From positions 6,527 through 70,526 of the forward strand of contig CAZIYD010000001.1 of assembly GCA_964543375.1 (NCBI GenBank): a stretch of 64,000 bases of DNA. Direction: 5' to 3'. Source of the DNA: an uncultured Muribaculaceae bacterium (GTDB lineage Bacteria; Bacillota_I; Bacilli_A; RF39; UBA660). Below are positions 37,201 through 47,177 of the stretch, one piece after another (position 1 is the first letter of the stretch; each line of letters begins with the position of its first letter). The position numbers and the translations under genes were made by a program. The notes under the pieces were generated by a model that was not told where the DNA came from, searched no databases, and worked only from the letters and a program-made list of their open reading frames with translations.

Positions 37201-38809
37201 CACTGTTCTCACTTTCCAAACGTTCTTGTAGTTCTTGTTCCAAATATGTAGAAAGTTCTTTCATTTCTTCATAACCTGTTGCAAAATATCTAATTGACTT
37301 ATCATCTGACCAAACGTGTGGCAAAACCTTTAGATATTCAAAATCAGATTCATAATCTGGATCCATAAAGAAAACCAATTTTAAATCTTCATAACTATGA
37401 AAAGTAACCATTTGTAAAATTATTTCTTTTAAAAATTCATTTGTTATTTGTCTTTTCCCAACTATTGCTGAATAATTCTTTTCTACAAAAGATATACTTA
37501 TTGGAACATCTTTTATTTCTTTAGATACATTTACTACCCTGTTTAATTCGTCTTTTAAGTTGTCTTCATCCATAGAAAAATGTGTTTCCGGGTATTTTAT
37601 ATCTATTTCAAGAGGAACGTTCCCTATCCCTAAACGTATAGATAGAAAATCTGGTTGTTCTATCTTTCTTTCCCATAATTGTCTGTTTTTATTCAAAATT
37701 ATTGTTTCACATGCTGGCGCTGGTAAATAGTTTTCAATTAAAATTTGCTTTTGTTTTTTTGATATTAATTCTAATTGATCCCTTCTCGAATCAATATATC
37801 CACCATATTTTTTTTGACGTTCTCTTTCGTATTCTACTTTTTTCTTTTTTTGATAATTTTTGTTTAATAGGGGCCACAATATCATGCTTAACATCATCGC
37901 AAAACCCACTATTAAAGATGGTAATACCGTTTTAAACTCAGCCTCTCCAGATAAATATCTATTTAGTGATGTGAACACAGTCATTAATGACATCATACTC
38001 ATTGTAAGCATAGGTCCAATTATATACATTAAAGGCATCTCTTCTGTTGACTGCTTTGATGGTGGAGAATCTATTATTAAAACTTCTTTTTCTATTAAAG
38101 TTTTAAATCTTGGAGATCTTGAAAAATAGTCTTCTTCTCTATATAGTTCTATACTTTCATCTTCTTCAATATAAGAATCAAAAACCTTAGGAGATTGTTT
38201 TGAAATGTTGAATAAATCTTGATTGTAAGAAACCGCGTTAAAGGGATTATTTATTAATAAACAATTTCCAATTATAATTATTTTTAAACCCATTATAAAA
38301 ATAACATCCCCATTTAATAGTTCTTGTTCTTTTATTGCCACTCCATTAATATATGTCCCAAATTTACTATCTAAATCTTTAACAACCCACTTATTATTTA
38401 AAAATAAAAGTTTAGTGTTTTTTTTACCAACAACTTGCAAATTATAAACAATTTCATTTGAGGGGCCACTACCAATATTTATCTCATTTAAATTTTTAAA
38501 ATCTAATTTTATAGTACTTTTGTCATATATAGGAGAAGAATATAAAATATATACTTCTTTTTCTTTAGTTTGTATATAGTAAAAACTGTATTCTGTTAAT
38601 ATTGCAGAATCAACTACAGTTCCATTGCTCTCTATTATTTTATTCTCTTCGTTACTTATTATTTTCCAATTTCCAGATTCTTCTATTACGTTAATTAAGT
38701 TGGTATCTTTTTTATAATTATTTTTGTCTACAATCCAATAACTACCAAAAACGTTTGATGGTAATTTTATAGTATCAATTTTATCCTTTTTTATTAATAA
38801 TAGTTGCAA
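34199..38809 (-). CDS. essC: T7SS ATPase EssC/YukB (FtsK/SpoIIIE family)
   Basis: 1536 aa. Two N-terminal FHA-like domains, two transmembrane helices, and three P-loop domains: D1 Walker A GMTGSGKSE; D2 and D3 degenerate (GSADSGKE; a degenerate Walker A-like block). Confidence 0.85.
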   Translation of the reverse strand: MQLLLIKKDKIDTIKLPSNVFGSYWIVDKNNYKKDTNLINVIEESGNWKIISNEENKIIESNGTVVDSAILTEYSFYYIQTKEKEVYILYSSPIYDKSTIKLDFKNLNEINIGSGPSNEIVYNLQVVGKKNTKLLFLNNKWVVKDLDSKFGTYINGVAIKEQELLNGDVIFIMGLKIIIIGNCLLINNPFNAVSYNQDLFNISKQSPKVFDSYIEEDESIELYREEDYFSRSPRFKTLIEKEVLIIDSPPSKQSTEEMPLMYIIGPMLTMSMMSLMTVFTSLNRYLSGEAEFKTVLPSLIVGFAMMLSMILWPLLNKNYQKKKKVEYERERQKKYGGYIDSRRDQLELISKKQKQILIENYLPAPACETIILNKNRQLWERKIEQPDFLSIRLGIGNVPLEIDIKYPETHFSMDEDNLKDELNRVVNVSKEIKDVPISISFVEKNYSAIVGKRQITNEFLKEIILQMVTFHSYEDLKLVFFMDPDYESDFEYLKVLPHVWSDDKSIRYFATGYEEMKELSTYLEQELQERLESENSGNKDYKSFYPYYVLITNNYKISKNIQLFSKVLKQKINIGYSVIVINETLSNLPNETTTFISIDSNKGGVFESELVSTKQKEFFLDKAPLNNLKQSFKVIANTPLKLSKEMYALPKTYTFLEMFSVGKVEQLNALYRWKTNDSIVSLQTPIGIDSHGMISVLDIHEKAHGPHGLIAGMTGSGKSELILSYILSLAVNYHPDDVSFVLIDYKGGFLVGALQNNELGIKLPHLAGSITNLDTVEMNRSLLSIQSELKRRQRMFNDVREELNESTIDIYKYQKLYHEGLVKEPMPHLLIISDEFAELKTQQSEFMDQLISTARIGRSLGVHLILSTQKPSGIVNDQIWSNSRFEICLKVQEKSDSMDVIKSPEAASLKHVGRYYLQVGYNEYFSLGQSAWTGAAYIPSDKIKKEVDTSIDFINNTGTIIKEVEEPRNNQTLSEGEQISSIVKYLSALAKKESINVRQLWLDRIADKIFIDKLVKKYNYKAEHGVINPIIGEYDDPFNQAQGLLTLPLSNEGNAIIYGSADSGKELLLNSLIYSTITNHSVDEVNIYILDFGTESLRVFSEAPQVGDILFAEDTEKVNNIFKMIRKEINNRKRLFVDYYGDYQYYIKNSGKIIPTIIVIINNFEVFQETYPNFEEEILQLTREGLKYGIVFIFSVNTANSIRYKLAKNFRQKVSLQLNDDNDYSNIFDRVKDKLPSKVYGRGLVEVNGLHEFQTSYIIDEEDINKHILQISRELKEKYKISAKKVMILPERVTLNLVGSNLEDLNSVPIGVEKESLDISTYNFKQNLTTLIVSQDFSASHNFINTLIYALKKNKDADLIILDNEDIVEINEKSEIKYYNADSNQFFMDISKDVNEQYETYLSSNYSKNALKDYKNKLIIIIGIEKFKNRLSDDNQKELDKFFEKSQEMQKQMYIFVDNVDKFKKLEYDNWYRSIVNANQGIWLGNGIADQFTLKLVKVGKELYQDIGSGFGYNVKRGIPTLVKLIDDDDSEVEIL

Positions 38810-38898
38810 AATACCACTCCTTAGATAAACCCCTCTATCTTAAACAATTATATATTAAATATGAAAAAAATGCAACAAAATAAAAACGAGTATTTCAA

Positions 38899-39333
38899 TT
38901 AAAATGCCCCGTTTTTTCTAATTTCTCTTTCAATATCTCTTTTCTTTATACTTTCTCTTTTATCGTAGTCTTTTTTTCCCTTAGTGATACCAATTAATAC
39001 TTTTGCTAATCCTTTTTTGAAATAGATTTTTAATGGTATTAAAGTATATCCTTCTACATCCAATTTTGTTCTTAATTTTAATATCTCTTTTTTATTAAGC
39101 AAAAGTTTTCTGGTTCTAGTTTCTTCGTGATTAAATAAGTTTCCCTTATCATATGAGGAAATGTGAGCATTCAATAAAAAAACCTCATTATTTCTTATTA
39201 TTGCATAACTATCTTTAAGATTACACTTTCCTTCTCTTATTGATTTTATTTCAGTGCCCTTTAAAACTATACCCGCTTCATAAGTGTCTTCAATAAAATA
39301 ATCAAATTTAGCTTTTCTATTTTCTATTTCCAT
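38899..39333 (-). CDS. smpB: SsrA-binding protein
   Basis: [27 protein letters not shown]...[11 protein letters not shown] block. Confidence 0.85.
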   Translation of the reverse strand: MEIENRKAKFDYFIEDTYEAGIVLKGTEIKSIREGKCNLKDSYAIIRNNEVFLLNAHISSYDKGNLFNHEETRTRKLLLNKKEILKLRTKLDVEGYTLIPLKIYFKKGLAKVLIGITKGKKDYDKRESIKKRDIEREIRKNGAF

Positions 39334-39339
39334 ATAAAC

Positions 39340-40479
39340 CTACTTTTTTACCACAACATCTATTTTTGACTTAAGTACATTGGAATATTTTTCATAATAA
39401 TCATTATAATTTTTTAATATAGATTCATTTAGTGAACCATATTTATTGATTTTAAAATTTGTTTCATTTTTACCACTAGTATAAAGCATGTAAGAAGTTA
39501 TATCATTGAAAGTTAGTTTGTTTACAACACCTTTTTCTTTTTTGAAATTTATGTTTAACTTTGTTGCAATTGAAGTGTCACTATCTACGACAGAGAAATT
39601 CGAAAGTAAGTTACCAGATGAATAAATTACTAACATGTTATTAATTTTATCTATTGGTTGTATAGAATATAGTCCGTTTCCAATTAAAATATCTACCCCT
39701 AATGATGATAAATAATTTGCTACATCTATTTGTTCTTTTGTAACTTCTCCATTTTTTAAATTGTCCCAAGATATAGAAACTATTAATAAATCTACATCTT
39801 TCCTGACTCTTTCTATGTCTTTTTTTACAATTTCTTTATCATACAAACTTATTAAGTATTCTTTGTCTTTTGTTAATTTGTTTTGAGTGTTCATAGTATA
39901 AGATAACATAGTATACTTTAAACCTTTTATTGTTTTTATTGATATATCTTTTATTTCACTTTTGTTTTGACCACTATATAATATATTCTTTGTTTTAAAA
40001 TAGTCTAAAGAATTTTTTATTCCAGATTCTCTTTTATCAAAAGAATGATAATTCGCTAAAGAAATCAAATTAAATCCCCGAGAAATCATTGCGTCACCAA
40101 TTTCTTTTGGTGAATTATACAAATTATTTAAACTATAACCTAAATCTTGTCCCCCTATTATACTTTCTTGATTATAATATTTTAGATCATAATTATTTTC
40201 TAAGACATCTATATCTTTAAATAAATAATCAAATTTATATGTATTACCTTGTATTAAAGCATCTTTTATCATATTTTGATTTAAAACTATGTTGCCCGCA
40301 ACCAACATTGAAAGCGATATTGTATCATCTTTTTCCAATGTTTTTGGGGTTTCTACCTTTTTAATAAAACTATCTTTAAAAACTAAAAATAAAGTTATAA
40401 GTAATATTAAACTTATAAAAACAATCAAAATTATTATAGGTTTTTTCTTTAATTTTCTCTTTTGCTTCATCTTATTCAA
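39340..40479 (-). CDS. CapA/PgsA-family metallophosphatase-like protein
   Basis: N-terminal transmembrane segment, and CapA blocks (SLANYHSFD, DILIGNGLYSIQPID, VIYSSGNLLSNF). Confidence 0.5.
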   Translation of the reverse strand: MNKMKQKRKLKKKPIIILIVFISLILLITLFLVFKDSFIKKVETPKTLEKDDTISLSMLVAGNIVLNQNMIKDALIQGNTYKFDYLFKDIDVLENNYDLKYYNQESIIGGQDLGYSLNNLYNSPKEIGDAMISRGFNLISLANYHSFDKRESGIKNSLDYFKTKNILYSGQNKSEIKDISIKTIKGLKYTMLSYTMNTQNKLTKDKEYLISLYDKEIVKKDIERVRKDVDLLIVSISWDNLKNGEVTKEQIDVANYLSSLGVDILIGNGLYSIQPIDKINNMLVIYSSGNLLSNFSVVDSDTSIATKLNINFKKEKGVVNKLTFNDITSYMLYTSGKNETNFKINKYGSLNESILKNYNDYYEKYSNVLKSKIDVVVKK

Positions 40480-42538
40480 TACTTAGATCAAAATCTATTG
40501 TCCTTTCTTCTTTATTTGCATCTTTTACTACTATTTTAATTTTATCTCCTAATCTATATTTTTTTCCTTTGTCTTTTCCTATAAACATATGACTATCTTG
40601 ATTTAAGACAAAATAATCATCTCCCAGTTCAGACACATGAACAAAACCCTCTATTAAGTTTGGTAGTCTAATAAACATACCATTAGGAATTAAACCCGAT
40701 ATTATTCCGGTATATTCTTCTCCAATGTGATCTTTCATATATTCAGCCATCTTCATATCGTTAACATCTCTTTCACACTCTATAGCTGTTCTTTCGTTTG
40801 TAGAAGAAAGTTCGGCAATATATGATAAGTCTCCAAGTTTATTAGTAAAGTCGTTTTTTAAATATCCCTTTAACAAATTATGAATAGTTAAGTCTGGATA
40901 TCTCCTAATAGGACTTGTAAAGTGAGTATATATTTTACTAGCCAAACCAAAGTGTCCTATGTTTTCGGTACTATATATTGCTTTTTGCATAGATCTTAAA
41001 GCAAGTTCCGCTAATATTTCATAATTTTCTTCATTTTTTAAAGAATCCAATATTTGTTGAACAAATTTTGAAGTTATATTTTTTGCATTTCCTTTTACCT
41101 TATATCCAAGACTACTAACCATAGAAATAAAACTTTCTATTTTTTCTTCTCTAGGAGTCCCGTGAACTCTATATATAAAAGGATAATTTAACCCAAAAAC
41201 ATAACTTGCAACCGTTTCATTGGTAATTATCATAAAGTCTTCTATTAACTTTTCTCCAACACCATGTTCTCTAAGCATTATATTCACGGGTTTTCCAGTT
41301 TCATCAACTATTATATGTGGTTCTTCAATTTCAAAATCTATATATCCATTTTTTACTTTTGATTTTCTAATTATTTTAGATAAATCTAACATTAGATTTA
41401 ATTTTTCTATAAAATCTTCATAACCCTCTATGTGTTCATTATTTTCTAATATTTTATTAACATTTTTATAAGTCATTCTCTTTTTAGAATTTATTACAGA
41501 TTCATATATATCATAATTTACTACATTTCCATTTATATCTATTTCCATATCACAACTTAAAGCTAATCTATCAACACCTTCATTTAAAGAACAGATTCCG
41601 TTTGATAATTTATGTGGTAACATTGGTATAACTCTATCAATTAAATAAACACTTGTTCCCCTATTTAATGCCTCATCATTTAATTTAGAATTAGGTTTAA
41701 CATAATGACTTACATCCGCTATATGTACTCCAAGTTTATAATTTCCATTATCTAATTTTTCTATTGATATAGCATCATCAAAATCTTTCGCGTCATCTCC
41801 ATCAATCGTAAAAATTATATCTTTTCTTAAATCTATTCTTCCTTCATATTCTTTTTCCAATACTTTATCTGGGATATTATTTACTTCTTCTAATACTTCT
41901 TCTGGAAAAACATCTCTTATATTGTGCTCATAAACTATTTGAAGTATATCTATTCCGGGATCGTTTTTATGACCTAATATTTTTATTACTTTACCTTTGT
42001 ATTTGTTTCCAATAACTTGTTCATAAGGTTCTACTAATACTATATTTCCTGGAACTGCATTCAACATTTTTTCTTTATCTATTATTATGTTTAATCTTAT
42101 TTTGTCGGTATCAACATTTATAATATATTCTTTGTTATTAAAAGTTAATTCTCCAACAACATTACTTAATTCTCTATTTATTACTTTTACAACTTTTCCT
42201 TCTTCTTTATTTATCTTTTCTACTGCGACTAGGTCGTTATGAATTGCATCTTTCATATTAGAAGCACCTATATATATGTCGGGGGCATCCTCTAATATTA
42301 AAAATCCGAAACCCTTTCTATTTACTGATAGCCTTCCAGAAAATAAATGAGTATATTTAAAAAGAGTATACTTTCCGCTGTTAGTTTTATATATTTCTCC
42401 ATTTGATTCCATGTTTCTAACTATATTACAAACTTCTGTTAAAGAAGAAATACCATCTAACTTTAATTCATCATATATTTCATTTTCATCCAAAGGTCTC
42501 TTTATCTCATCTAATAATTTTATAATGTATTCTTTCAT
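40472..42538 (-). CDS. rnr: Ribonuclease R (RNB family 3'-5' exoribonuclease)
   Basis: Cold-shock/OB N-terminus, RNB domain (DGDDAKDFDDAIS), C-terminal S1 domain. Confidence 0.85.
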   Translation of the reverse strand: MKEYIIKLLDEIKRPLDENEIYDELKLDGISSLTEVCNIVRNMESNGEIYKTNSGKYTLFKYTHLFSGRLSVNRKGFGFLILEDAPDIYIGASNMKDAIHNDLVAVEKINKEEGKVVKVINRELSNVVGELTFNNKEYIINVDTDKIRLNIIIDKEKMLNAVPGNIVLVEPYEQVIGNKYKGKVIKILGHKNDPGIDILQIVYEHNIRDVFPEEVLEEVNNIPDKVLEKEYEGRIDLRKDIIFTIDGDDAKDFDDAISIEKLDNGNYKLGVHIADVSHYVKPNSKLNDEALNRGTSVYLIDRVIPMLPHKLSNGICSLNEGVDRLALSCDMEIDINGNVVNYDIYESVINSKKRMTYKNVNKILENNEHIEGYEDFIEKLNLMLDLSKIIRKSKVKNGYIDFEIEEPHIIVDETGKPVNIMLREHGVGEKLIEDFMIITNETVASYVFGLNYPFIYRVHGTPREEKIESFISMVSSLGYKVKGNAKNITSKFVQQILDSLKNEENYEILAELALRSMQKAIYSTENIGHFGLASKIYTHFTSPIRRYPDLTIHNLLKGYLKNDFTNKLGDLSYIAELSSTNERTAIECERDVNDMKMAEYMKDHIGEEYTGIISGLIPNGMFIRLPNLIEGFVHVSELGDDYFVLNQDSHMFIGKDKGKKYRLGDKIKIVVKDANKEERTIDFDLSIE

Positions 42539-42555
42539 AAGTCCTCCATATTTTT

Positions 42556-43398
42556 TTATTTTATTATGGTGTTTTCTATTTCCCTTAAATATTCTGTAGT
42601 AAAATTAAAATATGTTTCTATTTCTAATTGTTTTCCAGGTAATTCAATATTACCTTCCTTCCAACTATCATATATTTCAGTAACTTCATTTGAAGTTCTT
42701 CTAACGAACCCGCCTTCTTCATATTTATACTCTATATTACTACAAGGTCTAAGGTCCATAAATGTTTTTTTATCATATTCATCAAACTTAATAGATTCTG
42801 TTTCTAGCGTATCTTTATATGCATCATATATGTCAATTACATTTCCATCAACATTTCTTATAGTTAGTAATTTAAAATCTTTAGTTTTTTCAATAGATTC
42901 GTTTATTTCTTCACTAGATGGAGTAATGTTAAGATCGTTAAGCAAAGCAATCGCATCATTCGTCTGAGATAAATACGCATCTACCTCTTGAGCATATAAA
43001 TAATAGTTATCTTCATAATAGTTTGGAATTACATTTTTTAAATATAAGTCTTTTTCCATAAAAGAATTTCCTAAACTTACTTTATTAAAGTCTCTTTTTT
43101 GATGAAAGTGCTTAAATTCATGAGCAATTGTTTCAAATAAAGTTAGAGCTTTTCCTTCTTTAAAATCTTCAATTCCTTTCTTGTTGATATCAAAATCAAT
43201 TAATCCATTATAAACCCCTGAGTAATCTGCGCCTTCTGTAATATTTATTTGATGTGGGGTTGTTCCAAACAAATCAGAAAACAGTAATCCCACATACTCG
43301 CTAAATAAGTTTTCCAAACCAGCATCACCAATAAAAAGTTCTTTATGATAAACGCTACTTAATTTTTTTTTAACTTCCAAAAACCTATTATTTTCCAT
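42556..43398 (-). CDS. Hypothetical protein with an HExxH zinc-peptidase-like motif
   Basis: IAHEFKHFHQ. Likely start MENNRFLE at 43398 with RBS GGAGGA. Confidence 0.4.
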   Translation of the reverse strand: MENNRFLEVKKKLSSVYHKELFIGDAGLENLFSEYVGLLFSDLFGTTPHQINITEGADYSGVYNGLIDFDINKKGIEDFKEGKALTLFETIAHEFKHFHQKRDFNKVSLGNSFMEKDLYLKNVIPNYYEDNYYLYAQEVDAYLSQTNDAIALLNDLNITPSSEEINESIEKTKDFKLLTIRNVDGNVIDIYDAYKDTLETESIKFDEYDKKTFMDLRPCSNIEYKYEEGGFVRRTSNEVTEIYDSWKEGNIELPGKQLEIETYFNFTTEYLREIENTIIK

Positions 43399-43460
43399 AA
43401 GTCCTCCATATACATTATAAAATAAAAAAGAACTAATATCTAGTTCTTTATATTTTATTT

Positions 43461-43676
43461 TTATTTTAATGACATTATTAAACATATTACAAAAAACGAT
43501 ACCCCAAGTACTAAGGTCAATCTTGTAATAAATAGTTCACTACCACGTTCTTTTCTGTTTGAAAATAAATCTAAATTACCACCTTGTATAACTTGTGACA
43601 CTCCTTCTGCTTTAGAACTTTGTAATATAACAATTGTTATTAGTAGTATCGATATTATTAATAATATTGTTTCCAT
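43461..43676 (-). CDS. secG: Preprotein translocase subunit SecG
   Basis: METILLIISILLITIVILQSSKAEG...LFITRLTLVLGVSFF, two transmembrane helices, ~71 aa. Confidence 0.65.
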   Translation of the reverse strand: METILLIISILLITIVILQSSKAEGVSQVIQGGNLDLFSNRKERGSELFITRLTLVLGVSFFVICLIMSLK

Positions 43677-43727
43677 TATTTCACTTCCTCTGTTAAGTAC
43701 TTTATCATAAAACACCCCAAAAATCTA

Positions 43728-44325
43728 CTATTTCTTTAACACTTTTATATCTTTATACCAAAAGACAAATTCATCTATGGCGGATGTATGATTATCTTTT
43801 CTATTTTGTCTTTCTATATCGGTCATTTCAGATAATGTTTTTGTTTCGTTTTTGGGAATAAAAACGTACCATAAATCAGACCATTTTTTATCACTATCAA
43901 CATTCCTTATTTCTTCTGATAAATATCCTTCTGATACACCATAAAAATATTTAACTTCTATACCATCAAAATATGCTGCAACTTCCTTAAAATAACAATA
44001 TCTATCACCAACATCTTTCATATTATCAATTAAACCATCTAACCCTATTTTATCTAAAAGTTCTCTTTTAGGAAAAGCCCCAGGGAAATTTGGTTTACCC
44101 GGATAATTTGGTATATAAAAACCAGCATCTAATGCAATACATGGTTTTTGCAATTTTGAATAAGCATATAAAACTTTTTCTCTTGCAATATATTCTATAT
44201 CGTTTATATTTGGTTCCTCAAATTTGAAATCTGCAGTTTCAACAATTACATCACTTCCCTCAAACTTGCTTTGAAATGATGCTTTTTTTTCCTTTATTAC
44301 CTGTTATAAAAAATATTTGTTTCAT
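43728..44325 (-). pseudogene. rdgB: Ham1/RdgB-family non-canonical purine NTP pyrophosphatase, interrupted by a +1 frameshift in a T8/A8 homopolymer
   Basis: ATG at 44325 (RBS GGGGATT) encodes MKQIFFITGNKGKK and then stops. The downstream frame continues ASFQSKFEGSDVIVETADFKFEEPNINDIEYIAREKVLYAYSKLQKPCIALDAGFYIPNYPGKP... (Ham1 motifs TGNxGK, EExxxTFxENA, ALDAGF..PG). A7 instead of A8 at 44283..44290 restores a single ~198-aa ORF. Confidence 0.5.
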
Positions 44326-44352
44326 AATCCCCCTAACAAAAACAGAATATTT

Positions 44353-44568
44353 CTATTCTGTAAATGGTACTAATGCCATATAACGTGATCTTTTTATTTC
44401 AGATGCGATTTCTCTTTGGTGTTTTGCACAAGCACCAGTTGCTCTTCTAGGTAATATTTTACCTTTTTCATTTATATATTTTTTTATAATTTCAACATCT
44501 TTATAATTTATAGTTTTACCTTGGCATAATTGACATACTTTTTTTCTTCTTTTAAAAAACTCTGCCAT
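44353..44568 (-). CDS. rpsR: 30S ribosomal protein S18
   Basis: [10 protein letters not shown]...[15 protein letters not shown]. Confidence 0.9.
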   Translation of the reverse strand: MAEFFKRRKKVCQLCQGKTINYKDVEIIKKYINEKGKILPRRATGACAKHQREIASEIKRSRYMALVPFTE

Positions 44569-44579
44569 GTTTCCTCCTT

Positions 44580-45029
44580 CTAGAACGCTATGTCGTCATC
44601 GCTTAGTTCTACTGTTTGACCAAAATCGATATATGGTTCATCACCAACATCTGTAGTAGGAATGTCATCCATAGGTTGATAACTATTGTTATCTCCCATA
44701 GTTCTTTGTCCTTTTGGTTCTAAAAATTGAACATTATCAGCGACCACTTCTGTTACATAAACTTTCTTTCCTTCTTTATCTTCATAATTTCTTGTTTGTA
44801 TTCTTCCTTCAACTGCAATTAAACTTCCTTTTGTTATGTATTTTTTAACATTTTCTGCTTGTTTTCTCCATACAATAACATTTATAAAATCTGCTTCTCT
44901 TGCCCCACTTTGGTTAGTAAATGGTCTATTTACCGCTAAAGTAAAATTTACAGTAGGTATATTACTTGTTGTATACCTTAAATCTGGATCTTTAGTTAAA
45001 CGACCTATCAAAACTACTTTATTTAACAT
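44580..45029 (-). CDS. ssb: Single-stranded DNA-binding protein
   Basis: OB-fold [20 protein letters not shown] and an acidic C-terminal tail DDDIAF. Confidence 0.9.
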   Translation of the reverse strand: MLNKVVLIGRLTKDPDLRYTTSNIPTVNFTLAVNRPFTNQSGAREADFINVIVWRKQAENVKKYITKGSLIAVEGRIQTRNYEDKEGKKVYVTEVVADNVQFLEPKGQRTMGDNNSYQPMDDIPTTDVGDEPYIDFGQTVELSDDDIAF

Positions 45030-45040
45030 ATTCCCTCCTA

Positions 45041-45328
45041 CTACCTACTTAAATTTATTATCATATGACGAATTACATCTTCGCTTAAATTAGCGATACG
45101 ATCAAATTCTTTTTGTGCATTTGCAGTTTTTCCTGATATTTCATAAAGAAAATAAAAACCACTCTTGTGCTTATCTATTTCATATGCTAATTCTTTTTGT
45201 CCTAGTTCCTTGAATGAATCTATTTTTGCTCCATTATCTTTTAAAATCTTATCAAAAGATTTTATTAGATCTTTTTGTGCATTTTCCTCCATATCAGGTC
45301 TAACTATGAACATAATTTCATAATTCAT
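45041..45328 (-). CDS. rpsF: 30S ribosomal protein S6
   Basis: [12 protein letters not shown]... in the conserved rpsF-ssb-rpsR arrangement. Confidence 0.9.
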   Translation of the reverse strand: MNYEIMFIVRPDMEENAQKDLIKSFDKILKDNGAKIDSFKELGQKELAYEIDKHKSGFYFLYEISGKTANAQKEFDRIANLSEDVIRHMIINLSR

Positions 45329-45435
45329 ATTTACCTCCTTTCGGTCTTACGGTCTTTCACTTTAGAAAGACAAGGAGTAATTAATACTCGGTAATCATTA
45401 TAGCAAAAAAAAAACTATAAGTAAATGTTTTTTCT

Positions 45436-46074
45436 CTATAGTTTTTTTATTAATATAACATGATAACTTTTACCTATATAATTACCGTTTGAGTCAAAGT
45501 CATCTGGTGTATCATATGTAAACAACTTTATTTTTATAGAGGATTTTATATTATCTATTAATTCGCCACTTGTTATTTTTATGGATGTAAAAACTGTGTT
45601 TTCCTTAAAATCTTTGTCTTCTAAATGCGAAATCCATTTAGCAGTATTATTATATCCGTCGTATAAGTATATTTCTAAATATTTAAAGAATGTATTATCA
45701 CTTTGTTTTAACATTGTAAATTCAATTTTTTCATTAGTAATTTCATATGATACCTCTAAACCAAATTTATAATTATTATTTAAATTTTCTTTCCAAAGAT
45801 TATTCCATATAACATTACTATTTTCTTTTGATAAATTGGATTCTTTTGTAGGAAATATACTAAGCCATACTATATCTTTTTTCTTAACCCAAGATCCTAC
45901 ATATTCATCTATAAGTTTTCTTTCATTATCATATGTTCCTAAAACAACAGGGTTTTTATCTTCATAAACATTTTCTTCAATAACAGGTTCTTGCTTGTTT
46001 TCTATAATAGGTTCTTCTTTTTTATAGCACCCTAAAAGTGTTAAAACCATAAATATTAAAAGTATTTTTTTCAT
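45436..46074 (-). CDS. Putative lipoprotein
   Basis: [16 protein letters not shown] lipobox, then a hydrophilic ~190-aa domain. Confidence 0.5.
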   Translation of the reverse strand: MKKILLIFMVLTLLGCYKKEEPIIENKQEPVIEENVYEDKNPVVLGTYDNERKLIDEYVGSWVKKKDIVWLSIFPTKESNLSKENSNVIWNNLWKENLNNNYKFGLEVSYEITNEKIEFTMLKQSDNTFFKYLEIYLYDGYNNTAKWISHLEDKDFKENTVFTSIKITSGELIDNIKSSIKIKLFTYDTPDDFDSNGNYIGKSYHVILIKKL

Positions 46075-47168
46075 ACGTTAAACCTAAAATGACAAATATC
46101 GCCATCTTGCATTAAATATTCTTTACCTTCTAATCTTGCTTTACCAGCTTCTTTTACTTTTAATTCACTACCAAAATTTATTAAATCCTCATAACTCATT
46201 ACTTCTGCTCTAATAAATCCTCTTTCAAAATCGGTATGAATTATTCCGGCACATTCTGGAGCCTTCATTCCAACTTTATATGTCCAAGCTCTAACCTCAT
46301 CAGCTCCAACAGTAAAATAAGTGGCAAGACCTAACAGTCTATATGTTGCTTTAATTAACTTATCTAATCCACTTTCAGGTATACCGAGCTCTATCAAGAA
46401 CGACGCTTTGTCATCCTCGTTTAATTCACTTAATTCACTTTCTATTTTTGCACACATTACAACACATTCCGAATTATTATTTAGTGCATGTTCTTTTACT
46501 AATTCAATATATTTATTTCCAGTAATCAAATCTTCTTCTCTTATATTGGCAACATATATAACAGGTTTTAAGGATAGTAAACCAAATGATTTTAAAATTA
46601 GTTTTTCATCTTTTGAAAACTCTAATTTTCTAGCAGGGATTCCATTATCTAAAGACTCTTTTATCTTTTTAAAAAGTTCAACTTCTAATATTGAATCTTT
46701 ATCTTTGGTAGTCATCGCTTTTTTCTCTATCTTCTCTAATCTGGATTCTACTATTTCTAAATCGGAAATCATAAGTTCCATTTCTAAAATTTCTATATCT
46801 CTAATTGGATCTATAGAATTTTCAACATGAATTATTTTATCATCATCAAAACATCTAACAACTTCACAAATAGCATCAACCTCTCTTATGTTTGTTAGAA
46901 ATTTATTACCAAGACCTTCTCCTTTTGATGCTCCTTTAATTAAACCCGCTATATCTATGAATTCATATGTTGCTGGTATTGTTTTTTCTGGCATATACAT
47001 CTCTTCTAATTTTAATAATCTTTTATCAGGTACAATAACAACTCCAACATTAGGATCTATTGTTGCAAAAGGATAATTAGCCGCTAAAATATTTTTCTTT
47101 GTAATCGCATTAAATAAAGTAGATTTCCCCACATTTGGTAAACCTACTATTCCTGCTTTTAAACTCAT
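46071..47168 (-). CDS. ychF: Ribosome-binding ATPase YchF
   Basis: [17 protein letters not shown]-loop and C-terminal TGS domain. Confidence 0.9.
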   Translation of the reverse strand: MSLKAGIVGLPNVGKSTLFNAITKKNILAANYPFATIDPNVGVVIVPDKRLLKLEEMYMPEKTIPATYEFIDIAGLIKGASKGEGLGNKFLTNIREVDAICEVVRCFDDDKIIHVENSIDPIRDIEILEMELMISDLEIVESRLEKIEKKAMTTKDKDSILEVELFKKIKESLDNGIPARKLEFSKDEKLILKSFGLLSLKPVIYVANIREEDLITGNKYIELVKEHALNNNSECVVMCAKIESELSELNEDDKASFLIELGIPESGLDKLIKATYRLLGLATYFTVGADEVRAWTYKVGMKAPECAGIIHTDFERGFIRAEVMSYEDLINFGSELKVKEAGKARLEGKEYLMQDGDICHFRFNV

Positions 47169-47177
47169 ATAAACCTC

